From the IMG/VR virus record IMGVR_UViG_3300031962_000001, positions 28,915 to 92,914 of that record: a DNA stretch of 64,000 nt. One strand, 5' to 3'. This DNA comes from a virus. The notes beneath the pieces were generated by a model. That model ran no database searches and had not been told where the DNA came from. It saw nothing but the letters and a program-made list of their open reading frames with translations. Each line of letters starts with the position of its first letter. Position 1 is the stretch's first letter. Positions 18,583 to 27,679 of this stretch are shown one piece after another. Made by a program: the position numbers and the translations under genes.

Positions 18583-19923
18583 GTGTCTGAGGAATATTCA
18601 TGGAGTGAAAGTTTTCAACGCAAGTTGCTGGCTCTATACGTCCGCATACCGAACAAAACTTTTTCGATCATAGAGCCAAGCTATTTCACGAGTCCTGTCC
18701 ACAGTGAGATAGCGAAGGTGGCTTCCAGCGTTTACAACGGACACAACAAAGCCGAAGTCAGAATCTCCAAGCCGACGCTGATTTCTCTAGTGCGAGGATA
18801 TCTCGGCAAGAAGCGAGCGGAAGTCTGGCCTGGATACCGCAAGGAAATTCGGGACATCTACGAAGACGAACTCAAAGACAAAGACGTAATCCTTGGTCAA
18901 GCTCTGGCTTTCGCAAAAGAGCAGAAGTTCAGAGAGACACTAGTCCAAGCGGAAAAGGACATCAATGCAAAGCAATTCGACAGAGCGATAGCACGCTTCG
19001 ACAAGATGAAAGGATTTGGGGAAGATAGAGACGTAGGGCTGGAATTTTGGAGGAATGTGAAAACTTCTAAGCGTTGGTTGGAAGACAGAATGGGTCTGGT
19101 GGGCACATTCTATTTCAAAAAACTCGATAAGATGATGGGCGGTGGATTGGGTGGAGGAGAGCTTGGCATTGTCTTGGCTGGCGGCAAAGTTGGCAAATCT
19201 ACGATACTCGCTAGGTTCGCGGCTGGTGCAATGTGGCAGGGGAAGAACGCCGCAATAGCGACTGGAGAACTCTCAGACAAGAAGTATCGCAAACGCATAG
19301 ACTCGATGTTCACTGTGATTCCTGGTTGGAAGCTCACGAAATACAGCAAGGGATTCATGGAAGACAACAAGAAGCTCACTAGATCTCTGGAGAAAGCGCA
19401 ACGCAGATTGGAGCTGACGAAGAAGCAGGCGAAAGGAAGCCTCTGGATAAAACAGTGGCCTACGAACAAAGGCAAAGTCTCAGACATCGAAAACTGGCTC
19501 GATGCCCTGAAAGAAAACGGAGTAGAAATTGATATTCTGTTTGTGGACTATGTCCGAGTGTTTCGGCCTAGCGAGAAATTCGATGAGCAGAGGCTCTCGA
19601 TCGGAGCGGTCTGCATGGACTTGCGTGGCATCGCAGTGGCTAGAAATATTCCTGTGTGGACAGCGGCGCAGACAAACAGAGCGGCGCTATCCAAAGCAAG
19701 CATCGGTGCGGAGGATATGGCAGAGGACATTAGCCAATTCTGGACTCTGGATTTCTTGGTAGCCTTGTGCCAAACGGAGAACGAATCGTTGAAGGACCCT
19801 GAGCGAGCAAGACTATTTCTAACGGCGGCAAGAGACGCTGGCAGAGGTGGCATTGTAAACATCAAACTGAAGCGCGACATCTTCAGAGTCTGGGAACAAG
19901 AGGACGGTAGACATAGGTCATGA
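18583..19923 (+). CDS. dnaB: DnaB-like replicative helicase
   Basis: GGKVGKS Walker A, LFVDY, TAAQTNR; GTG start after AGGGAGG. Confidence 0.88.
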   Translation: MSEEYSWSESFQRKLLALYVRIPNKTFSIIEPSYFTSPVHSEIAKVASSVYNGHNKAEVRISKPTLISLVRGYLGKKRAEVWPGYRKEIRDIYEDELKDKDVILGQALAFAKEQKFRETLVQAEKDINAKQFDRAIARFDKMKGFGEDRDVGLEFWRNVKTSKRWLEDRMGLVGTFYFKKLDKMMGGGLGGGELGIVLAGGKVGKSTILARFAAGAMWQGKNAAIATGELSDKKYRKRIDSMFTVIPGWKLTKYSKGFMEDNKKLTRSLEKAQRRLELTKKQAKGSLWIKQWPTNKGKVSDIENWLDALKENGVEIDILFVDYVRVFRPSEKFDEQRLSIGAVCMDLRGIAVARNIPVWTAAQTNRAALSKASIGAEDMAEDISQFWTLDFLVALCQTENESLKDPERARLFLTAARDAGRGGIVNIKLKRDIFRVWEQEDGRHRS

Positions 19924-20837
19924 AAGATATTTCACAATACTTCGCCAGAGTTTGGCAGACTAGGGAAGGCTGGCATGCCAACTGTCCTCGCTGCGCAGAC
20001 GGTGAAAGAAAATTCTACTGGAACGTAGACAAGGAAGTTGGATGCTGCTTCCATCACGATTGCCAGTGGTACTACAGCAAAGGCGGAGTAACTATTGCTA
20101 GGGCCTCCGCGTTCTTCTCGTCGGCTGGGCTGGCACTGCAAATCCCAGATGTGGTGGAATCAGAAGGCGAAGCAGAAGTCCAGCTACCAGAGGAATTCAA
20201 AGTCGTAGGCTCTCTGGAGCCGGAGCTCAAGGAAACGCTTTACGCCTATCTCGAGTCCAGAGACTTAGGCAAGAAAATCGTGAAGGCCGCTCGCGTCGGC
20301 TATTGCAAGTCGGGACGCTGGTGGGGATACCTGGTCTTCCCGGTCTTCAACGACGAAGGGAAAGTGGTCTACTGGCAAGGCAGACGCTTCAAGGAACGTG
20401 AACCGAAGTTCTACAATCCAAAATCTAGCCAGAAATCCGAGCTCGTGTACCGCATCAATCCAAACGTCAGGCCTCGCAAAATCGTATTGGTAGAATCCAT
20501 CATCAACACACTCACGATAGACAGCGTGCAATCTGACCCGACTGTCGTGATGGCAATCCTTGGCAGTAGTCTGTCGGAAATCCAGAAGCAATATATCCTC
20601 AGGTTTGAAAAGCGTCTCAAGGAAGTCTGCATCGCCATGGATGGAGACAAGCGCAGGGAAGGAGTCGAAATGGCAGAACAGTTTTGGGCGGCAGGCATTC
20701 GCAGTACGATAGCGCCTATACCGGATGGCGAGGACATCAACAGCCTAGGCCGGAAAGAAGCTTTGCGAAGAATTTCTCGTGCTGAGGTGTTTCATAAGGG
20801 TAGCAGGTCGGAGATCATAACTAGGAAGATCGCATGA
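19920..20837 (+). CDS. dnaG: DNA primase (Zn finger + TOPRIM)
   Basis: CPRC...CC, YLESR, YWQGR, VES, DGD, DIN motifs. Confidence 0.85.
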   Translation: MKDISQYFARVWQTREGWHANCPRCADGERKFYWNVDKEVGCCFHHDCQWYYSKGGVTIARASAFFSSAGLALQIPDVVESEGEAEVQLPEEFKVVGSLEPELKETLYAYLESRDLGKKIVKAARVGYCKSGRWWGYLVFPVFNDEGKVVYWQGRRFKEREPKFYNPKSSQKSELVYRINPNVRPRKIVLVESIINTLTIDSVQSDPTVVMAILGSSLSEIQKQYILRFEKRLKEVCIAMDGDKRREGVEMAEQFWAAGIRSTIAPIPDGEDINSLGRKEALRRISRAEVFHKGSRSEIITRKIA

Positions 20838-21106
20838 TCGACAGAAAATATCTAGCTGGGCTCTTTGACGGGAGAGGGCACATAGAACTCCTAGAAAATG
20901 GCGGGATGCGAGTGCATATTCGCATGGGCGGTGATGTACCCATGCTTCTGAAAGAGGAATTTGGCGGGACCTGTTTCAAGAACGGCAAAAAATGGTGGTT
21001 TCGGGTGCAGGGGGAAAATGCCCGTTTTCTGCTCAGCGAAATTTTGCCCTATTTGCGGGTGACCAAAAAACGGGTCAAAAAGCTGATGGCGAAAAATGGG
21101 CTGTGA
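20834..21106 (+). CDS. Short LAGLIDADG-like protein, probably non-catalytic
   Basis: YLAGLFDGRGHI with Arg at the acidic catalytic position; ILPYLR. Confidence 0.7.
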   Translation: MIDRKYLAGLFDGRGHIELLENGGMRVHIRMGGDVPMLLKEEFGGTCFKNGKKWWFRVQGENARFLLSEILPYLRVTKKRVKKLMAKNGL

Positions 21107-21136
21107 TTCGCAGAGCAGGAGCGGCGAAGAAAAGGC

Positions 21137-21165
21137 TTTACAAGGGGCTTGCCAAGTAGTATGAT
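21137..21165 (+). promoter_or_regulatory. Sigma70-type promoter
   Basis: TTTACA-17 bp-TATGAT. Confidence 0.75.
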
Positions 21166-21184
21166 TTTACTAGTGGTAGAGGTT

Positions 21185-21222
21185 AGGTTAGTTACTTAAA
21201 ACTAACTTATGTTCTTTGAAAA
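21185..21222 (+). promoter_or_regulatory. Hairpin plus boxA-like antitermination element
   Basis: Stem 21185-21193/21200-21208 followed by TGTTCTTTGAAAA (rrn boxA-like). Confidence 0.65.
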
Positions 21223-21227
21223 ATAAA

Positions 21228-22111
21228 GGTTCCAGCAAGCAAGGCCGAGCGGGGAAACGCAAACCTGCAGACTAAATGTGCCGACGCTTAACAAGGCGCA
21301 AGCATGTTACAGATACTAGGGGTAGCAAACTACCGGCAAAGTATACGCAAGGCAATAATGCTGAAAGCGCCGATTCCTGACAAGGACTTTTGTGCGCCCA
21401 CCGTAACCGTGCTGTAAGCATACCGCGCTCTGCGAAGAGCAAAATAATAAGGTGTGCGAAAGCGTGACGTGCGACTTAGGTTGCGCCGATCGCGAGGCAA
21501 TTAAGGTGTGGGCAATAGCAAACATCGGACCGTAAGTAAGCATGTTTTTTGGAACCCAAATCGCGAATGACGGTAGAAACCTCCCGTTTCTACCAGCAGG
21601 AAAACATAAAACTCTTAACCTTTATATACGCTTGCCCAGCGGGATGCCGCACCAACGGCAAGTGTAGAAGCAAATGCCTCACGGCGGGGATGCGTCCTAT
21701 AGCGTAGAGTGAGAGGGTGAAAAATATTCCAGCGTTGCGAGTCATTCGCAGGAGAGTGCAGTCGTGCAGTGTCGTTGCTTGGGGCAGTTAGTTCGCTATC
21801 CATCTCCGTGATAGCGGTGGAGGCCCGGCGATACTTGCATGTGCGATACGCTCTGGTTAGCACGCGCCACATAGAATGGAATGCGGGATCAGAAAACGGC
21901 AAAAGGATTAGTCGCTAGTCCAAGATATGAGCGAACCGTGGTATGTCCCACGTAAAATAAATGTAGTGAAATGGCACCGTTGTTTTTGGTAGTACCTAAC
22001 TTCAGCTCGCTGTCGAGAATCAGGCCCGTCAGCCACTCTGGCGGATACCGCATGAGTACTCTAGGAAAGTTCTCGACTAGCGACGTGGGAGTTCTGCTCG
22101 TCAGAATTCCC
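21228..22111 (+). ncRNA. Large structured noncoding RNA (~880 nt; GOLLD/ROOL size class, family unassigned)
   Basis: No + strand ORF in the track; nested long-range helices, many short hairpins, terminal stem 22087-22111. Confidence 0.7.
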
Positions 22112-22134
22112 TCGCCGCTTGAAAAGGCGGAAAC

Positions 22135-22144
22135 GTAGTATAAT
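22135..22144 (+). promoter_or_regulatory. Candidate -10 element for ftsK
   Basis: GTAG-TATAAT, same context as GTAG-TATGAT at 21156; TTGAAA is only 14 bp upstream. Confidence 0.45.
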
Positions 22145-22188
22145 GCTGACTAGCTAGACGCTGTCTAGCATAAAAAGGAGAAAGTGAA

Positions 22189-23619
22189 ATGAGAACCAAA
22201 GAAGAATGGCTTGAGAACCTGATGTGCTGCGAAGGCTGCAAAGTGTTGGGCGAAGGCAAAGTCGGTTGCTTCTGGAAGAAACAGCATTGTCCGTTGTGTG
22301 GCAAGGCTACTTCGAAATTCAAGAAGCTGAACGGCAAGAAGGGCGAGAAAATCCTTCGCTTCCCCCGCGAGGCTAGCACGGCAACGAAACAGCAAGTGGC
22401 GATCATGAAACAGATCAACGACCGCTGCCGCGACTTCGATTGCCCGGGAAAAGTGGTGGACGTTATCACTGGTCCCGTGGTTACCGAATACGTTTTCGAG
22501 CCTGACCGGTTCACCCGCGTCAAGAAGCTGAAGGGCCTGAACGAGGAACTTTCGCTGACACTGAGCAAGCCGGAACTCGGCATCGGCTCTGTGGAAACCG
22601 TCACCATCCGCCGCATCGCAGGCAGAGCAGCCATCGGCATCTCAGTGCCGAATCCAGACCGTAAGATGGTCAGCTTCAAGGATTGCCTGAAAAATGTCAT
22701 CGCACATCGAGACGACATGGAATTGCCGCTCAACATGGGCGTCACTTCCACGGGCGAACCTTATGTGGAGGACCTCGCCACGATGCCGCATCTGCTTATC
22801 GGTGGTAGCACTGGCACTGGCAAGTCGGTATACCTTAATGCTTTGCTGACCAGCTTGCTCTATATCCGCTCGCCGAAGCAACTCTGGCTCTACATGATCG
22901 ACCCGAAATCTGTGGAGCTCTTTCCATACAAAGGTCTGCCGCACCTCAAGCGCGACCCGGTCAACGATGTGTACGAGGCGCTCAGCGTCATGGACACGAT
23001 CGAACAGGAAATGCGCCGTCGCACTAACAACCTCCACATCAACAAAGCTAAGGATATCAAGGAACTCAACACGCGCATCAAGGGCGAGGTTGCCGAGCTC
23101 AGAAAGCAAGGCAAGGAAGAGGAAGCCAAGAAGCGCGAAGCCGATCTCTGGCCCTACATTATATTGGTCATCGATGAGATGGCTGATCTGGTGCTGGCAG
23201 AGAAGAAAATGTTCACCCAGAAGCTGGCGTGCATTTCCCAGATGGCTCGCGCCGCTGGCATCTGCATCATCAGCGCAACCCAGCGTCCGTCTGTGGACGT
23301 GCTGCCGGGAAAAATCAAGGTGAACTTCCCCGCTCGCGTCTGCTTCCGCGTGCCTAGCGCCGTGGATGGCAAGACGGTGCTGAACTACAAGGGAGCGGAA
23401 ACGCTGCTGGGCAAGGGCGACTGCTTTTTGGTGTCGCCTAACAAGGCTGGTCTCCAGCGCATCCACGTCCCCTACTGCACTCCGGCCGATCGCGACGAAA
23501 TGCTGAAAATCTCGCTGGAATTCGGGCACGTCCTGAAAGTCCCGGCGGATTCTATGGAAGTCGCCGCTCCGGTCGTGGAGAAGAAAAACGGCAAGCCTGC
23601 CTCCAAGCTGGTCAACTAG
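22189..23619 (+). CDS. ftsK: FtsK/SpoIIIE motor-domain protein with Cys-rich N-terminus
   Basis: GPVVT, MPHLLIGGSTGTGKS, IDPK, IDEMADL, ATQRPSVDV, GAETLLGKGD. Confidence 0.93.
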   Translation: MRTKEEWLENLMCCEGCKVLGEGKVGCFWKKQHCPLCGKATSKFKKLNGKKGEKILRFPREASTATKQQVAIMKQINDRCRDFDCPGKVVDVITGPVVTEYVFEPDRFTRVKKLKGLNEELSLTLSKPELGIGSVETVTIRRIAGRAAIGISVPNPDRKMVSFKDCLKNVIAHRDDMELPLNMGVTSTGEPYVEDLATMPHLLIGGSTGTGKSVYLNALLTSLLYIRSPKQLWLYMIDPKSVELFPYKGLPHLKRDPVNDVYEALSVMDTIEQEMRRRTNNLHINKAKDIKELNTRIKGEVAELRKQGKEEEAKKREADLWPYIILVIDEMADLVLAEKKMFTQKLACISQMARAAGICIISATQRPSVDVLPGKIKVNFPARVCFRVPSAVDGKTVLNYKGAETLLGKGDCFLVSPNKAGLQRIHVPYCTPADRDEMLKISLEFGHVLKVPADSMEVAAPVVEKKNGKPASKLVN

Positions 23620-23629
23620 GAGGTGACTT

Positions 23630-23878
23630 ATGGCTATCACGAAACAAGTCACATACGATTTGGATTGTGAAGGACCTTGCAAGCGCAAAATCAGCAAGTC
23701 CATTCCCAAGGATTGGGCTCGGCTGAAAATCCTGCCAGCAATACAGCAGCCGGGAAGACCGGCTCACTACTATGTTAGCTGTCTGTGCTTCGACTGCCAG
23801 ATGAAGGCTATCAAGCTTCTCCAAACAGCCGGATACAAAATCTCATTCGTGGAGGGAAAAGATGAACAGCGATCTTGA
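23630..23878 (+). CDS. Small Cys-containing protein
   Basis: AGGAGG RBS, Cys pairs. Confidence 0.55.
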   Translation: MAITKQVTYDLDCEGPCKRKISKSIPKDWARLKILPAIQQPGRPAHYYVSCLCFDCQMKAIKLLQTAGYKISFVEGKDEQRS

Positions 23879-24065
23879 TCTGATCGCCGCTCGTAGCTTG
23901 TGGAACCACACAAAGGATGGCTATGCTGCCTTGCGCCTGAAACGGTTCAGCGCTAGCAAGGCAGTAGCCAAGGTGCTAGCGGGGAGGTCGTATGAGGCCT
24001 TACCCCGCTGGGTTAAGGCAAGGCTAAAGGCCGACGCCCGTGCTGCCCGTAGCCTAACAAGGTAA
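23862..24065 (+). CDS. Hypothetical protein
   Basis: GGAGG RBS. Confidence 0.5.
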   Translation: MNSDLDLIAARSLWNHTKDGYAALRLKRFSASKAVAKVLAGRSYEALPRWVKARLKADARAARSLTR

Positions 24066-24067
24066 GC

Positions 24068-24478
24068 ATGGACCGCCCTATAGTAGCGGTGCTGGAAACA
24101 ATGTGGGGATACCGGTCCGGCCGCGCCCCGCGCTGGTTCCGTATCAACCCGCAGAACGCTTCTGGCCGTAGGCTATACAAACTCATAGGCGAAGAAAATT
24201 CTCATCGCCTCCTTGTCACCAATGCTTGCCGTGAACTAGTCACAAGCGCAAAGCGCCACGGCAAGCCGGACCCGGATTGGCTTCTGGAAAACCTTATCCG
24301 GCTTGACCCGCACCTTATATTAGTGTGTGGCAACGTAGCCCAAAAAGCCTACAAAGCCTGTGGCTATGTTCCGCTTCGCAAGTCACGCGTGCTCCACATA
24401 GCGCATCCGGCCGCACGCAACTGGACCAAGAAACGTCTGAGAGAAGTGCAAAGGAGAATAGCAAATGGATCACGATGA
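24068..24478 (+). CDS. UDG-superfamily-like protein
   Basis: SGRRL, VTNA, P-x-LILVCG-x-VA and HPAA motifs. Confidence 0.6.
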   Translation: MDRPIVAVLETMWGYRSGRAPRWFRINPQNASGRRLYKLIGEENSHRLLVTNACRELVTSAKRHGKPDPDWLLENLIRLDPHLILVCGNVAQKAYKACGYVPLRKSRVLHIAHPAARNWTKKRLREVQRRIANGSR

Positions 24479-24680
24479 TCGATGCGAGTGCGAGAAGCCC
24501 GGATATTTCTGCAGTGGAGTGAAAGGCATCATAGCGCACATCCACAACGGCCACATCGTAGGCACGGTAGAACGCTGCGACACTTGTGGCATCTACGCCT
24601 CTGACGCTGACGCGGAGCGTATGCTTGAGAAGTATCTTTTCGGTCAGAAGAATGGGCCAGCAAAGGAGATAGAAAAATGA
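24465..24680 (+). CDS. Small Cys-rich protein
   Basis: AGGAG RBS, CxC and CxxC. Confidence 0.5.
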   Translation: MDHDDRCECEKPGYFCSGVKGIIAHIHNGHIVGTVERCDTCGIYASDADAERMLEKYLFGQKNGPAKEIEK

Positions 24681-24913
24681 ACGACAAGACTGTGATTGAA
24701 GTTACGAACCGATGCTTTCGAGCGTTTAGAAAACAATTGGAAGCAGAGGATTTGGACAGCGACGCAGAAGTTTTGGTGCAGAGGCTGGTAATTGCTCGCA
24801 TCAATTCTGATGCGGAAATGGGGCAAGGAGAATTGGAGACTGACGCACCGAGGCTTGCAATCAAAGTAGAAAAGAAGCTGGAGGTGCTTCTTCCAAAAGC
24901 GCTGACTCTCTAG
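24677..24913 (+). CDS. Hypothetical protein
   Basis: AGGAG RBS, ATGA overlap. Confidence 0.55.
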   Translation: MNDKTVIEVTNRCFRAFRKQLEAEDLDSDAEVLVQRLVIARINSDAEMGQGELETDAPRLAIKVEKKLEVLLPKALTL

Positions 24914-24919
24914 GTGGCA

Positions 24920-24963
24920 GTAGAAGTAAAATTCACTACGCTCCAACGTGAGCGAGAAAGAAA
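24920..24963 (+). repeat. 44-bp intergenic direct repeat, copy 1
   Basis: 38/44 identical to 25338-25381. Confidence 0.85.
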
Positions 24964-24975
24964 CAAGGAGGAAGT

Positions 24976-25338
24976 ATGAAAAGGGAATCATGCATCATTA
25001 TTTCTAACCTGTCGGAAGAGGATGCCATCAAGGTGTTGCCGAAACTGAAGGGAGAAATTCTCCTCAAGAAAGCAACCCTCGAATTGGAAAATCCAGGACC
25101 ACCGGAGCCGGAGGAAGTCTGCGAGAAAGAATACGAACGTGTCAATAACATGGCGTATGATCTCGACGAGTTCCTTGGACAGATTGATGATTACGGCGAT
25201 TCAACCACTGCAAAGGAAGTCCGTCGGGATGTAGCTCACCTGCGAAAGCAAATCGTCAAGATGGAAAACCTTTTCGTGAAATGGCGTAGTGCAGTAGACG
25301 CTCTCGAAGAGGCGGCGAATCGTCTAGAGAAGAAGTAG
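24976..25338 (+). CDS. Hypothetical coiled-coil protein
   Basis: AGGAGG RBS; flanked by the 44-bp repeats. Confidence 0.6.
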   Translation: MKRESCIIISNLSEEDAIKVLPKLKGEILLKKATLELENPGPPEPEEVCEKEYERVNNMAYDLDEFLGQIDDYGDSTTAKEVRRDVAHLRKQIVKMENLFVKWRSAVDALEEAANRLEKK

Positions 25339-25381
25339 TAGTTGTAAAATTCACCATGCTCCAACGTGAGCAAGAAGGAAA
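25338..25381 (+). repeat. 44-bp intergenic direct repeat, copy 2
   Basis: GTAAAATTCAC..GCTCCAACGTGAGC core. Confidence 0.85.
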
Positions 25382-25385
25382 TATC

Positions 25386-25634
25386 ATGGCAACAAAATGG
25401 GCAATCAAGGTAATGGAAATACGCACGACAGAGATGGGCACGACGTACTACTTTCAGCTCTTCACGAAGACACAAATCGGCATTCTGTTGCCGACCGTGT
25501 CTGACGACGAGCCGATGGTCCTAGCCGAAAACGACTTCCACGAATTGACATTCCGGCTCAGCGCGGATGTCTACAACGAAGGTCTGCAAGTCCTCAAAGA
25601 CGGCTTCCCGCTCAGGCAGCACGCACATGGCTAG
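25386..25634 (+). CDS. Hypothetical protein
   Basis: AAGGA RBS before ATG 25386. Confidence 0.55.
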   Translation: MATKWAIKVMEIRTTEMGTTYYFQLFTKTQIGILLPTVSDDEPMVLAENDFHELTFRLSADVYNEGLQVLKDGFPLRQHAHG

Positions 25635-25848
25635 ACTGTATTCTCTATACCGTCTCTACGGCAATCGCTGGGTGCGTGTCGCTAGAGAGCAACTCCCACT
25701 TAGGGAAGCGCATGAGAAGTGGAGCCATCTTGTATCGCAGAATCCACTTTTCTATTCCATACTTCCGAAGTACAGCATCCGCCTGATTCCCAAGTCTGAA
25801 ATCAGGCGGCAGATTTTGCAGTCAATCCAAAACAAGGAGCAATCATGA
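25627..25848 (+). CDS. Hypothetical protein
   Basis: Overlap-coupled ORF. Confidence 0.45.
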   Translation: MARLYSLYRLYGNRWVRVAREQLPLREAHEKWSHLVSQNPLFYSILPKYSIRLIPKSEIRRQILQSIQNKEQS

Positions 25849-26018
25849 AAGACAAAGTCAAGGCCAAGAACATGACTAAGCGGGACGCGATCCCGGTACT
25901 GGAGAAAATCCTGAAGAAAGGAGACTTCGGCAAGCGCAAACGCAAGGCTCTTGAAATCGCCATCAACGATCTCAAGTCGAAGGTGAATTCGTACGAGCCC
26001 CACGCTGTCAACCAGTAG
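25845..26018 (+). CDS. Small basic protein (57 aa, not in ORF track)
   Basis: AAGGAG RBS, ATGA overlap. Confidence 0.55.
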   Translation: MKDKVKAKNMTKRDAIPVLEKILKKGDFGKRKRKALEIAINDLKSKVNSYEPHAVNQ

Positions 26019-26038
26019 TCGAATCCAAAAGCAGCGAG

Positions 26039-26070
26039 CGGGGACTCGAAAGGGTCCCCGTTTATATTTC
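26039..26070 (+). terminator. Intrinsic terminator
   Basis: CGGGGAC...GTCCCCG stem followed by T-rich tail. Confidence 0.6.
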
Positions 26071-26085
26071 AAAAGGAGCAATCGA

Positions 26086-26379
26086 ATGGCAAAGAAAAAA
26101 GTAGTGAAGAAGCGAGTCGTGTATCGCGTCAAGAAGGAACTGCCGAGGATGTATCGGGTGATAGACCAAATCCTCCCGGATCTCAACCTGCCAAATCCCG
26201 TTGCAATATCCATAACGGTCACGGCGAGGGACGTTCAGCTCATAGTGGGCCCACGTGATTGGCAGTGGGACCGCAAGACAGGCGACATGGTCGGCGCTGG
26301 CACCAGTCTTGACGATTACGAGGAAGCGGCTGCGAAGCAAGAGCCTCCAGCATCGGAAGGACATAACTCAGATGTCTAA
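26086..26379 (+). CDS. Hypothetical protein
   Basis: AGGAG RBS. Confidence 0.55.
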   Translation: MAKKKVVKKRVVYRVKKELPRMYRVIDQILPDLNLPNPVAISITVTARDVQLIVGPRDWQWDRKTGDMVGAGTSLDDYEEAAAKQEPPASEGHNSDV

Positions 26380-26686
26380 CAGTGGTGCAAACTCCAAACC
26401 ACGCTTTAAGTCGCTGAAGGAACTGATGGAGATGGTACACACCATCGTAAAAACCGTTGAGAAGCTAGACAAGGAGCTCGCGAAATTCACAGAACTCGAC
26501 ATGCAAAAGATGGTAGCAGGCACCAGAACTACCACCGAGAATCTGGCCAAGATGTCGAACGAGCTGACCGCTCTCGCAGAACTCCTACCTCTCAATGAGC
26601 AGTACGAACTGCCTTCCAATCTGGACAGACTTTCAACCGTCTTGAGCGCGGAGTACGACTCAAAATTCATCGGGGAGGAAAAATGA
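26372..26686 (+). CDS. Hypothetical coiled-coil protein
   Basis: AAGGA RBS before ATG 26372. Confidence 0.5.
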   Translation: MSNSGANSKPRFKSLKELMEMVHTIVKTVEKLDKELAKFTELDMQKMVAGTRTTTENLAKMSNELTALAELLPLNEQYELPSNLDRLSTVLSAEYDSKFIGEEK

Positions 26687-26892
26687 CAGTGATCATTAGA
26701 TGTGGCACATGCAAGAAGCACGAAACGATTGACGATATCAAAGCGTCCAAATCGTTCGTGCTTGGATTTCATATCTGTCAGGAATGCCTGACTAATTTCA
26801 AGAGCGATTTCGGTCTAGATCTCTTGGGAGAGGAGGTGGCAGAAAATGTTTCTAGCCCTAATCTTAGCAAGTCTAATACTGCTGGCAGCTAA
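26683..26892 (+). CDS. Small zinc-finger protein
   Basis: Two CxxC; GGAGG RBS. Confidence 0.5.
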   Translation: MTVIIRCGTCKKHETIDDIKASKSFVLGFHICQECLTNFKSDFGLDLLGEEVAENVSSPNLSKSNTAGS

Positions 26893-26919
26893 ACTCGACC
26901 ATGAATTGGGGAAGTTCTG

Positions 26920-27210
26920 ATGGTCTGGCGCTACCAAGAAGTGGACGTGCGCGACGATGTGAAGTGGAAGCTGCCAGACCATTCCAGCCTGCAAGTGTAC
27001 AAGGTTCTCAGCGGAGACAGTGGCAAGACGTACTACGTCCAAGTTCTGGTCGTAAAATCTGAACTGTCTAGACCGCAATCCAAACCTATATATCTCTGTG
27101 GCTGCCCAGAAGGGACGTTCCTTGCTCCACTTTCAATAGTGGGACTCGGACCACAATGCAAGCACGCCAAGAACTTGGCAGCGTTCTTGGAAGAAAAGAG
27201 GAAGAAGTGA
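26920..27210 (+). CDS. SWIM zinc-finger protein
   Basis: CGCP...CKH preceded by SG-x-x-Y-x-V. Confidence 0.65.
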   Translation: MVWRYQEVDVRDDVKWKLPDHSSLQVYKVLSGDSGKTYYVQVLVVKSELSRPQSKPIYLCGCPEGTFLAPLSIVGLGPQCKHAKNLAAFLEEKRKK

Positions 27211-27584
27211 AAAATAGACACAAGCTGAGCATAGACTGGAGCGTGGTTCAGAAGGATCGGAACAGTGGAACGCCGATTTCTGAATTGGCATCCAAGTACG
27301 GATGTCACAAGTCGTCTATCTATCTCCACACCAAATCAAGGCGCTCCAAAGCGAGCGAGAAAGCAGGCACACTCAATGGCAGCATTGGCAAGAAGATCAC
27401 CAAGAATACAAGCGGCGATAGCAGCTACGCCGAGACAATCATCGCGTTCCTCTTCGGGCGGATCACGGAGCAGATTAACTCCTACTCTCAGAGCGCTGGC
27501 ATCCCTGAGGCCGTACTTACCTCAAGGATTTCAGAACTACTTCACCGTAAGGCGAGCGGGTCGCGGCTGGGGCCTTTCGATTAA
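27207..27584 (+). CDS. Helix-turn-helix protein
   Basis: ISELASKYGCHKSSIY; GTGA overlap start. Confidence 0.6.
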   Translation: MKNRHKLSIDWSVVQKDRNSGTPISELASKYGCHKSSIYLHTKSRRSKASEKAGTLNGSIGKKITKNTSGDSSYAETIIAFLFGRITEQINSYSQSAGIPEAVLTSRISELLHRKASGSRLGPFD

Positions 27585-27679
27585 GTGTCCGAAATGCAAC
27601 GAACCCGCACCGCTGGAACTCAACACCTACCAGAAGTGGCGCTGGCTCTCCGTCCACGAAGTGATGTGCAGAGGATGAA

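Noticed and set aside
21228-22111. Group I/II intron, tRNA cluster, tmRNA or RNase P
   Set aside because: No interrupted gene, cloverleaf or diagnostic conserved core recognised by eye; needs Rfam to exclude
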